64,000 bases of DNA from Antedon mediterranea (taxonomy: Eukaryota; Animalia; Echinodermata), in assembly GCF_964355755.1 (NCBI RefSeq), contig NC_092674.1, forward strand, positions 5,704,001-5,768,000, in the 5' to 3' direction. The notes under the pieces are model-generated. The model ran no database searches. It saw nothing but the letters and a program-made list of their open reading frames with translations, and was not told the origin of the DNA. Shown piece after piece: positions 53,401 through 64,000 of this stretch. Every line of letters begins with the position of its first letter. The stretch's first letter is position 1. Both the position numbers and the translations under genes were made by a program.

Positions 53401-56222
53401 TAACCAATTTCAATCGTTCTTAACATGATTGTATTGTAGTCTTGAGCATTTACTCAAAAGAAAATATTTAATGATAATTCAAACGTTGAGTGATTTAATA
53501 GAAGTATAATGTTATATTTCTCACTTCTGCATTGAAACAAATTAAACTATAACCTGTATTAAGGGCCAACTTTAGAACCAATATGATATCACTTATGATT
53601 AATTTTGAAGATGTGAAAAATAAAGAAGCCATGATTATTGTGTTGATCGTCGTAGCATTTGTGTAACTTTCGGTTATCGGTCTATAATTGATCTCCGACC
53701 CATTACACGGCTATACTGATTTTTTAATGCAAATACAATATGCGAGATAATTCCGACTGGATTGAATAGATTTTGTTCAATCGACTGGTAATTGATTTCG
53801 CTTGCTTTCATGTATTGCCTCACTAGTTACCCTCCCATTGTTGTGGAAATTGATCGAGTGATGTATACTGTTCTAACTTACACCTTTTCAGTTAGAACTA
53901 CCTTTCGTTTCTGCCTGCGTAGCTCCAATTGAATGGTCTTTGTAAGCATCATTAGCTTTCTCGACTATGCCAGAACAACAGAATGTCTATATTGAAACTG
54001 ATCATTTCACTGTTGTTAGTAGTCGGTTAAATGGAGAGGATTGGAAAGTATATAGACACTCCGTGATGTTTGAGAGGTTCAGTCATATTAATGCAAACAG
54101 CTTTCTGTGGCTATTGAGCTTCTGTCACAAGTCAAACAGTCTACCGGATTTAAAATTGTAATTGAGATGAAAACAGCCATGCACAGCTAATAATGTTTTA
54201 ATTTTATGTGGATATACCAATAATACCTTACAGGTAAATACATTTTTATTTAGATCTCTAGATAGACTGTTTGTTAGAGAGAATATCCTTTGATATATAT
54301 TTCTCCTTAGCATGCATTGTCAAATTTCTCCATAACATCAAGTTGCATTTTGTTTCTGAACCTCATCCTTTCTCTATGCTTTTCTCTAACAAGTGGTTGA
54401 GTTCAATAATCAGTATTTCTTTTATTCACTCTAAAAATGGTTTATTTACTGTTTGCCATAATGCCAGTCATACAGTAATATTAATGACATTATATTTTTG
54501 CTGTAGTATAGTCTTGTTTTTCGAATATTTGGTTGTTTAAAAGAATACATGACTATTTCCTTAAACCATAAATACTTAAAATACTATACTGTAAGCCTAT
54601 CCTTCTGATATATATACAATTAAACATTAATTTCAACAATAAAATATTATATCTTACGAAATTGATAATTTATGAAGGTACTTAGGGAAATAGCCTTCCA
54701 GCGAAGCTTTCAGATTTTTATGTTGCTGCTGATAAGTAATGTCAAACTTAAAGATGACCTAGAGGTTTTTTAAAGCCTAGAAAATTGAGGATGATAAATG
54801 TTGTAAATGTCATTATCTTTAAGCCTACCATCAGGCCATTTATGATCTATCACTCTGTCTCGAATGTTCAAACATCTGTAGTGCATTACTATTAGGATAG
54901 ATGTTGCACGAAGAACCATATACTATATATGAATAAAACAACTCTTGTGAGACAATCTTATTAGAATCCTCACAAATTCTATTTTTTCAACCTCCATAAA
55001 AAATGTGTCCTGTACGTACATACTATATTTTTTGAGTGTTCTGTTAAGGAAAGAATCAGTCTGAAATTTTACATGCTAAAACAGGCTAATGCTTTCTAAT
55101 CTTAGATTTTAATCTGTTTTCTTTTTCAAACAAACATTAAATTTATGCTAGTAATAAAATCCAAACTTCAGTAACTCGGTTAAATAAAAATGTTGATTTG
55201 AGTACAAATACATTTAACCGTACACATTTCATGCAGTGAATCTTTTTTAATCATTAACTTATCTATATTGACTAACATCAGTAGTGTCATCTTTCGCAAA
55301 TTTACTCAACCAAAACGCTGTGACTGATTAGCTGTACAATATTGCTAAATCTTCATTTTTCACCTTAATTCGAAAAATTGCCCGCAAATGCATACAACAT
55401 TTTATGTAAAGCAGTAATGATATCAAAGACGACTGCTGGTGAGCAAATGTGATCATTAGAGCGTGGTAGATAACAGCTGCAATGCTGTAAGTCAAAACCG
55501 TTCTCCATTACGCGTGATGCGGTCGCAAGATTTGCAGTCACATGCTAAAAAAAAAGCAACATAATTTACTGATTTGTAATTTAAATCCAGACTTGGCTAT
55601 GGATATTCTTTTAACTTCTAAATATTTAATGATTCCTAAGTGTTGTCATTTAAACTCATGATTATTTCTAAGGCTGTCTGTTTTTATACTTATCAGAACT
55701 CCACACTGCTTATCAGAACTCGACATTGTTAAGACATAATGAAATATTATATAAAACATTAATGCTAATTACCGAAAGTAGCAGCAGTACATTAAATTTG
55801 CATATTTATTTTGCGATATAATAATATATCTTACACATTTAGAAGCACTGCGTATTCCTCTCTGTAGATGTTTTATTAATGGCAAAAAGAAATCATTTTA
55901 AACATTAATGTTTCATTAGGTATATTAGAGAGCTTTTAATTTGCAACGACCTATGGCCTACTCATATTGGTTCATTTGTTGTTGATTTCAATGATCTATA
56001 CTATATATTGTTTTGTTATAGTCATGTTTTTAGGAACAAGAGAGAAAGCACATCCGAATGTTCCTGCATGTGTACAATGAATTAACATAGTTTCTACAGT
56101 ACTGTATGTTCTCTCAAATCGAAAGATTGATGTTGATTGGAATTTAATCTTCAAACATCATGTTGCCAAAAATGTTAGTTAGAGTTATTTTGCCCATCTC
56201 TGTCTTGAATACTCCGTACACT

Positions 56223-56333
56223 ATGTGGCGTAACGGCTATTAGCACTCGCTGGCTAATCCCAAAAGGGCATGAGATCTTTAGAGGCCCCAAAGCATGAGC
56301 AACTCAATGCAATTACCCAGCGTTACGCCACTG
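56223..56333. mobile_element. Short hAT-like MITE with 8-bp TSD
   Basis: gtggcgtaacg / cgttacgccactg inverted ends; flanks cgtacact and catacact (7/8 match). Confidence 0.7.
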
Positions 56334-58607
56334 CATACACTGAAGTACTTCTCTGTACTGTACACACTACCCTCCTGTATTTGATTATGATATATATATA
56401 TATTGAATATACTTTATGTTGAAAAATTTACATTGTACAGTATAAAGTTTATTCTGTTATGTCATGTGTTTTGCAGCTGCCTTTTAATACATTGGCTTAA
56501 TTAATCACCTAAGGCTAATTTTATTCCACTGTTATTAACAGATTAAACTTAACATACAGACAAACCCAACAATGTAATGTCAGGCGTTCACACTACATTT
56601 GGAAATGAAATGCTTTCATTCTTCCCTGTAATTAATGTCACGATTTCTTGGAATAAGGTTAAAAATGATTTGAAACACTTCTGAAAGATATTTGTGTTTA
56701 TGACAGATATCATTGAAATACTTTTTAGAGAACTGAACTTTACTCTTTTAATTAATCTTCCAGGCCTTTAATGTTTTGATTCCTCTTTTGTACATTCACT
56801 TTTTCTTGATCAGCACAACTACCAGTACCATACCACTATAAATTTAATAGTTTTGTTGTATCATAAAGTTGAAATTTTGAATTCTATACATGGCCTGGTT
56901 TTCTATGAACTATGAAATTTATATCATGTTTGACCATTGTCGTTATGTCACACGTCATCTTCCCATAAACATTGATGAAAATGTCAGTGTACTTCTATCA
57001 TAATTATCGGTTAGAATTAACCGTCATTAGCTCGTTAGAATCTTACAATATTTCCTTGATTAGTCACTGTTTTAAAAACATAAATAACTACAAATATTAC
57101 CTGAATTGCACGCAATAAATCGTTTTGTATTTAAAGTTCATTCAAATTCGTTTGTCAGATTCTATCTGACAAATTTTCCTTAATAACTGTCTGCTAATCA
57201 CAGCATTAAGGTCTAATTTTTCTAACATAGAAAATAAATATGACGGAAGTTTAATACTAATCATTTTCAACTGAATTGGGTCTCAGTTTGTGAAAGCAAT
57301 TGTGCATCAACTTTGCTGTTAATTCAGAACATTTTAAGTACAAGTATTGATAATTTTCATGTGGGAAAGCTATCCAAATGAGGAGAAATTTAATACTCAT
57401 TGCCTTCCTCGCCGATTACGAGAACAGAAATGAGAACAATTGACTATATTGATGTGGCCAACAATGCTGTTTCTTAAACAACATCTGTGTTCGTATCAGT
57501 TAATGCTCTTGATATCTACTCCTTATATCGTATGATTCATAAGTAAAGGTTGCAGTGCTTTCGGCAATTTTTTTCTGAAGTGAATAGAACGTTGAACCCT
57601 AGGGAGTTTTCATCCTAAGTTGATTTTTCTTGCGTCAAGTAATAATTCCTAGTTGAAGTTAAATTTAAATAATTTTAAATTTCTAATACTAATTTTCTCA
57701 AATAGGAAAACAAATGGTAAAAGTATTAAAATGGTGTTGATCAATGTGTATATTATAAAATTATGAAAAGGAAAGAAATTCTATGCCACCCAGCAACAAT
57801 GCTGAAATAAAAATATGAAAATGGTATTTGATAAAAAGTACCCACCCACCCACAGCCATGGTTCAAACTCATCTGTTTATACAGTTTGGTAGTGGAACAA
57901 CTGTGTATTAGATGTTGTACTGTAGATAGGTAGGCACTTTGTACAATTTCATTAATAGTATTGAATCCTAAGAAATACAGTAATACATTACAACATTAAC
58001 AATTTCACTACATACATTTTATTGACATGTTTTTACACTTACTTTTAACCCAACATACTTCACAACAGCATCTAAAACTACTTTAATTCAATTATCCTAA
58101 AAAAACACCTTGCCTTTTAAAATAAATTACTGACAAAAATAATACCCATAGTGTTTACAGTGATGAATTGTGTTCTTATGCTTAGAGTAATTGTTATTTC
58201 TTTTGTAATGGTAAATAACTCTTCACACGTTTTAACTTCAACACAGTGATTTACACAGCTTATGGCATTCTTAGGTTTTAGGCAGCATGTCCTAATTTGT
58301 AACATTGTATATTTGGCATTGTAGTAATTGTTATACAGTTTTGTATGTTTTTGCATTAATCAAAATTGGCAGCCTGAATTTTAAGTGGATTTTAGATGTA
58401 TTTATGTGGTTTAAACATTTACCATAATGAGTATAGCTACTAGGGATAAATTAGTATTGCGTACATGTATAACACAGTATGCTAGATTTTTAGTTTCAGG
58501 TAAATATTGTTTATTTAGGAGAAAATTTAAAAAATATTTTAAAATAAGAGCTGGAATATTTGATTAGATCATCATCATACTACTACTATACTACTACTAT
58601 ATACAGT

Positions 58608-58800
58608 AGGTAAAGGTGAGTCCCGTGTTCTCTGAACGTAGGGGAATGAGCTGTTAGGAGCTCATTGTACTAAGCCTCGGCATTATGTGGTAGGGTGGCC
58701 AGTTCCTTTCCACGCCGCCTTTTTTCTCCCTAGTATTTTCAACCAGGTACCCATTTTACAGCTGAGTGAACTGGGAGTTGTCAGGCATTGAACCCGAGTC
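58608..58800 (-). mobile_element. 5'-truncated tRNA-derived SINE with (TTTACC) tail
   Basis: Minus strand has B box ggttcaatgcc, then cactcagctgtaaaatgggtacctgg (CORE-like 3' part), and tail cacctttaccta. Confidence 0.78.
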
Positions 58801-59258
58801 TATCTGTACGACAGTACATTATACAGTACAATAGTTATTAAGAGAAAAAATAAACTCAATTGACTACATATGTAAAGTAAAAGTACATATGACATACGTT
58901 GTCTATTTGTACATTATTCTATTATCATTAATATAAATCCAACAGCAATTGTTATTCAGAAATATTAATAGAAATCATAAAATAGAAGATGTTAGTTGTT
59001 TAGACAGAAGTGCATTACTAAAGTGAATGTTTAGATAACAAATTGGCTTTGATGAATTTGTGTTTATAGAAGTTGACTGAATTGTCAAGCACAATGTTGT
59101 TAGAAAATGTATTATCTGTAATGAAGTTGTAATGAAATTCTGTAAAGAAATAGAATATTGCTATATGAATTGTACAGGAAAAACGTGTCCCACGTCTTTA
59201 TAGTTAGTGTGCTTTTTATCAAAGAATATAAATAGGTAAAGAATCAACAGTACGCGCT

Positions 59259-59808
59259 GTTATATATAGAAGGATAGGAAACGCGGACGTGCTTTCATGG
59301 ACGCGTAAGAATCCAGCAGCCGAACGACGGCGGGCTCTAGATATGGTTCCCGTCTAATTCCACGTTTGGATGGATCGTGATGATCTGATGTGTTCTCGCG
59401 TCTGTGCTCTACTAATTTTGATATTATTAATATTTTGATAATCATTTTGATAAATAATCATGGTTTGCATTTTTATAGATAGTTTTACCTTACCCACGCC
59501 TGAAGGTGGCGCACTTCTTCTAGCGAAAAAGAAGTGCGCCACCTTCAGGCGTAGGCAAATAGTAACCCGGATGTGGTTTACGCCGCCAACGGAACTGTTG
59601 TATCTTCTCCTTTTATTATCTTTGTTTTTATGTTTTGAGTATTCCTTGTTTGTATGTTGTATAATCCATACAGTATGTCCCAATCTAAGTGTGTTCACAC
59701 GCACTAGAGTTAATCGTGCATAGAATAAGCTGATTCGAATCATATCCGACATGCTCATGATCAGATACCTCTTTTTATACACATCCATGTCATTAACACC
59801 AATATAAC
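59259..59808. mobile_element. Putative ~550-bp non-autonomous element with central palindrome
   Basis: CpG-rich island bounded by gttatat / atataac, with a perfect 24-bp stem hairpin at 59496-59552 close to its midpoint. Confidence 0.5.
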
Positions 59809-60844
59809 TTTTAACAATTAATAAAAATAGCTTCTCATTGGATTATGCAACAGATGAATTTGTGCATTTGATCAAGGGTATTGCTAATTGCAAGGTTCAT
59901 CCTATTGAACACCGAACAAGCTAAATCACAATGTAACTCCAATAGACCAGACTGTACCAAATTTATTGTTTTGGATTGAAAGATTTTCAATTTTCAAACA
60001 ATAATAAATATTATAAATCACTTTAATATAGGCAGTAAGATATTGATTAAATTTTGATAAACACTCACATAGTTAATAAATCCCAAAAGGTTTTTGCTAA
60101 TTCTCACCGAATGAGTGTTAATGCTTTATACTGTATATAGCAAGTAATTAAAACAATTCTTAAATGCGTAAAAATAGCAATTCCCTTGATATTAATACTT
60201 CGAGAAAATATTGTGTTTTTAATATAATAATTTAATAAAATCTGAAATAAATTATTTCTAATCTAACTCTCCATGTACTATTAGAGATTGGAGATATTAA
60301 TATTATTATTATTAGTCAGACGAAGCTTAACTTTACAGTATAGATATTTTTATCCAGCCTTCTGTCGCCGTCGCCGTTTGAATTTCTTTAAGTTAAAAAT
60401 CTATATTTGTAAATTAAATGTGAAAATGTAATTCTAAATGTATGTTCTCAAAATGTCGCTCATAATACGTATCAAACGTCACTTGTGGGTGCATTAATCT
60501 CAATCATTTTTCACAATACAGTACAACAATCCTGTTACGATGTATCAACTATCGATCAATCAAACTTAACTCTTTCTTAAGAAACATGATAAAAAGGAAA
60601 TATCTGTATCTTATGGAAACATGATCACAAAATAATATAGATCGATGGTAAAAATATGATATTAAATCTCTAATAGAAAAGTCTAGTTTTTAGTTTGGTT
60701 TTGCAAAAAAAAAAATATAGAAGAAAAATGCTCTAGAGGAAAATCTAATTTTCTCCGAAAGAAAATCACCTTTAACAGATACAAAGAATATTTTAAAACA
60801 TTCTATTTATCCCCCAATTTTCTTTTCTTTTCAAGTTTATAGTT

Positions 60845-60930
60845 GAGGAGTAGCTTGGTGGTAAACATGCTTGCCTTCCAATCCCAATTTCCAGGATCCA
60901 ATCCCAAGGTCCGGGATTTAAACCAGGCAG
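60845..60930 (+). mobile_element. Decayed tRNA-derived SINE head
   Basis: tagcttggtggt..atgcttgccttccaatccca..gtccgggatttaaacc, with an internal ccaatcccaa duplication. Confidence 0.5.
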
Positions 60931-62750
60931 GATTGTAGCTCATTACTATTTTTATTTCACTATTAAATCTCAAGTGAGATTTATTTATAAGCATGATAAA
61001 TAGTTTATCCATCCTGTAATTAGCTGATTTCTTGCTTTTTGATTCCTATAAAAGGAAAACAAAGTTTTTTCGGCAAACTTCGTAAAGTACATCGCAAAGT
61101 AATCTGTTTAACCGTTGATATTTGTAGGTCTTGTTGTCGGTATAGCTCTTTGATTGATGTTGGCTTGATAATCGTTAGACATTGATTCATGGCTAGAACA
61201 CATTGTTGATATTAATTTTAAATTCCTTCTCGCTTTTCACAACCACACCTCTCTCCTTTATATCGTTGCCAAAGATTGTTGGAAAAACATAAACATGTTG
61301 ATAAAATTAAATGTCACTTTTAATCTCATAACTCCTTGGCTTATTACTTAGTAACAAATTTAATTGGTATACCAGTAGAGTGGTATCATCTTTACTTATA
61401 CTATTTGTTTGTATACATTTTTATCGCTAATAAAGCTGTTTAAGATGTTGAATAAATTAGCAACATCCAATTTTCTTTGAGATCTCATAACCTTTTCTAC
61501 TTGTTTCAAGTATGACTCATTTTATTTGTAGAATATAATATGAATCTCTTTTGATGGTGACAATCATGTTCCACTCAGTCTATACCTGAAGAAAGTAAAA
61601 TTAAATTAAAAATATTTTTTATGTGTAAATCAATTTTGAACACAAGCAAATTATCAACTACAATACTTGTAATCATAGTTAGCATCATTGGCTGTAATGG
61701 GTCAGAGGTCGTCACTCCTTTAGCCATCCTTTTTGACAGGGCTGGGTCGCCCCCAGCTACTCTTTCAATGGATTTACTAGTTTCTATAAGCCTAAAGTCT
61801 GCACAAGCCAGATATATATCACTGAACCTGTAGTGTAAAGGCTTAATCCAAGCAGATGTTACTGCCACAACTATGGTAGAGGAGGAATCCCTTGAACTTG
61901 CGCCATTATTGGTTTGTGGTGCCCTCCATTGACTTTTCTTAGACTTGACTGTTTATGAAATAGATGAAGATCTTAAATCCAATTTCAAAGGATTACTCAA
62001 CCTTTTTAAACAAATTTGTGTTTATGATACATCCAATTATTGTGGAATTAAAACTGGCATCTTTGTTTACAATTGTGTGTGCATATACACTTATTCATCT
62101 TTGTTTACGATACTTTGATCTAATATAAACATACAAGTAATTCAGAATGCACATTTCAACCAATTACAATAAGAGATAGAGCGTTCGGCTAAGAGATGAC
62201 GATTATCATGATTGTAGCGGATTATAACTTAGCCAATCCATCATAGCTATTGCAGGCTTTTCAATCTTCATAACTCTAATACTACCCGTAATCTTATTAT
62301 GCTCACGATCAAAAACGGGTCATATCTTGGATGAGATTTTCTTTTTACCCATCTACTTAACGAGAAAAATCGATTGGCAATTACACAACTTATCGTGGGT
62401 ATGAACATTTAACGTAAGAATATCCTTTTTATTTTATGCGTGATATAGATTTTATTATTAATTGACTGAATGGTAATTTAGTTTAGTCACTTAATATTGA
62501 GTGGAAAGCATTGATGCATGAAGAATTGACCGCTAAGGGAATTGCGCGTTAATATCATTACTATTTCATAATTATTTTTGTCATTATTAGTTTATTTTAA
62601 AATATATCAATTTACATCTATATTTGATGATGTAAGTTATAGATTCTTGCGCATTAATATTATTCTTACTTAAGTATTAATGTAAAACTAACATAAATTT
62701 TAAAATATTTAAATTGTTTAATCCATATAAAATGATTTTCAATTTTACAG

Positions 62751-62896
62751 GTATCATGTCGACAAGCGAACCAAATATTATTAGTAGTCATCGACCGTCT
62801 GGAAAAGACAAGATGTCACTTGAGCGTAATCCAAGACCGCCCCCACCAGACCTTACGCCTGACCAACTTCTGATGGCTGTTGACAACTACTTAAAA
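62751..62896 (+). CDS. Internal coding exon of the same unidentified gene
   Basis: Acceptor ttttcaattttacag|GT in phase 1; frame (G)IMSTSEPNIISSHRPSGKDKMSLERNPRPPPPDLTPDQLLMAVDNYLK; donor AAA|gtaatt in phase 0; GC-richer than flanks. Confidence 0.78.
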
Positions 62897-64000
62897 GTAA
62901 TTATAATAATTTTTTTTTAAATGCATTCCTCCATTAAAAAAATACTTACTTCAGGGACAAATTGAAGGAGATCTATGTGAGGAAGCATTTTTGTCATAAA
63001 ATATTTAAATATATACTAACATAAACAGAATTTTACTTTTTTGGGGTATACAAAAGTAAAACTTAAAATTTCAAAGTCAGGATAAGTTAATATTTTGATC
63101 AGACTATGTAAGATTTGCGCAGGGTTTTTTGTGCTTTCATTTTTAGTTTAGCATTTACCCTAAAATACGTTTAACATTGGTATGGGAGTGCCATGTTTGA
63201 GATATCTTTGGAATTCATGGACATTAACATTAATGTGTTTTCGCCGGTAAAATGCATTGCAGATTTTTACAAGACAGAATTAGATATGTCTGCAATGTTA
63301 ATGACATTAAAGTAATTACTGTATTTAAAACATTGATAATATCTGACAGCTAGTAGTGGTAGAGAATAATAATAGCTACAGTATATAGAACGCAACTCTT
63401 AACAAAAAAAATTCTCTTTCAATATAAAGGTGATAAAATACAAGTTCTCTAAAACCAAATTAAACTAAAATTAAACCATGAAATATTTTTGCATTCAGAC
63501 ATTTTTACCGCAATCATTTCAACTACCACAGTAAATGTTTGACTTACTGATTAATACTGCAATTACATAATAATTACAATTCTGGCATTAAACATTGACA
63601 ATAATTGCAGTTACTGCAGTAGGAACATTTTGACATGATCCCTTACCTCAACGTAAAATTTATTACATCGGATATTCTTATGAGAACGAATTTGATCTGC
63701 GTCTGTGTTGTGTATTCATTATCAGCATTAAAAGTCAGTAGATAGTTTGAATGTCATTATCGTTGCCAATCACCCTATTCAACATCATGCATGCACGCAG
63801 TGTTTCAATAGCTTAGAAAGACATCAACATGAATATGGATTTTTCGCTTGTAAAGCCTTCTCGTTGTCGTTAGTTTTGAATTTAAACGAATGGGGTGGTA
63901 CCGTTTGATGTCGGAGCAAGCACCCATGTGGGACACGAGCTAGGATTTATCAGAAACTTGATTCAATCAGGTTTTACTGATGACCCAGATAGTAAGGTAA

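Noticed and set aside
59260-59788. Three overlapping ORFs (up to 144 aa)
   Set aside because: They are explained by the locally higher GC and the palindrome of the putative element; no recognisable domain.
819-61012. Most 60-120-aa ORFs in the supplied track
   Set aside because: They are rich in F/L/I/K/N/Y as expected from random AT-rich DNA, many start at TTG/GTG, and they lack splice support or recognisable motifs.
63886-64000. Open frame NGVVPFDVGASTHVGHELGFIRNLIQSGFTDDPD ending at donor-like gtaag
   Set aside because: In-frame stops at 63877 and 63883 lie after the nearest plausible acceptor and there is no in-frame ATG. It might be a non-coding or alternative first exon, but this cannot be supported at the window edge.
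1-64000. A novel multi-gene or prokaryotic-style system
   Set aside because: There is no gene-dense segment, long ORF, integrated virus or operon; the window reads as animal intron plus repeats.

Overview
This is AT-rich (about 30% GC by eye), gene-poor eukaryotic DNA, most consistent with an invertebrate animal genome. It carries tRNA-derived SINEs with CORE-like and Deu/Nin-like domains and many MITEs, and shows no operon, CRISPR or other prokaryotic signature. The window appears to be the long 5' and intronic part of one plus-strand gene. A first coding exon (49997-50259, ATG at 50040) splices in phase to a second exon (62751-62896), and there are candidate upstream non-coding exons (36593-36662 and a 15-nt microexon at 48363-48377). 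I cannot name the protein. The rest is intron filled with non-autonomous transposons: eight copies of a Harbinger/Tourist-like MITE, pogo/Tigger-like, TTAA-flanked and hAT-like elements, three SINE types and a truncated RTE LINE. There is also an apparently identical 1.57-kb tandem duplication that differs by one 159-bp indel. The most interesting patterns are a strong excess of TAC(A/T)GTA footprint-like words, a microexon that would create a start-stop uORF, a 24-bp perfect GC-rich hairpin centred in a ~550-bp element, hAT-like elements with 5-6-bp target duplications, and a cluster of seven TAATCC sites. I found no convincing new multi-gene system, and nearly all ORFs in the track look spurious.
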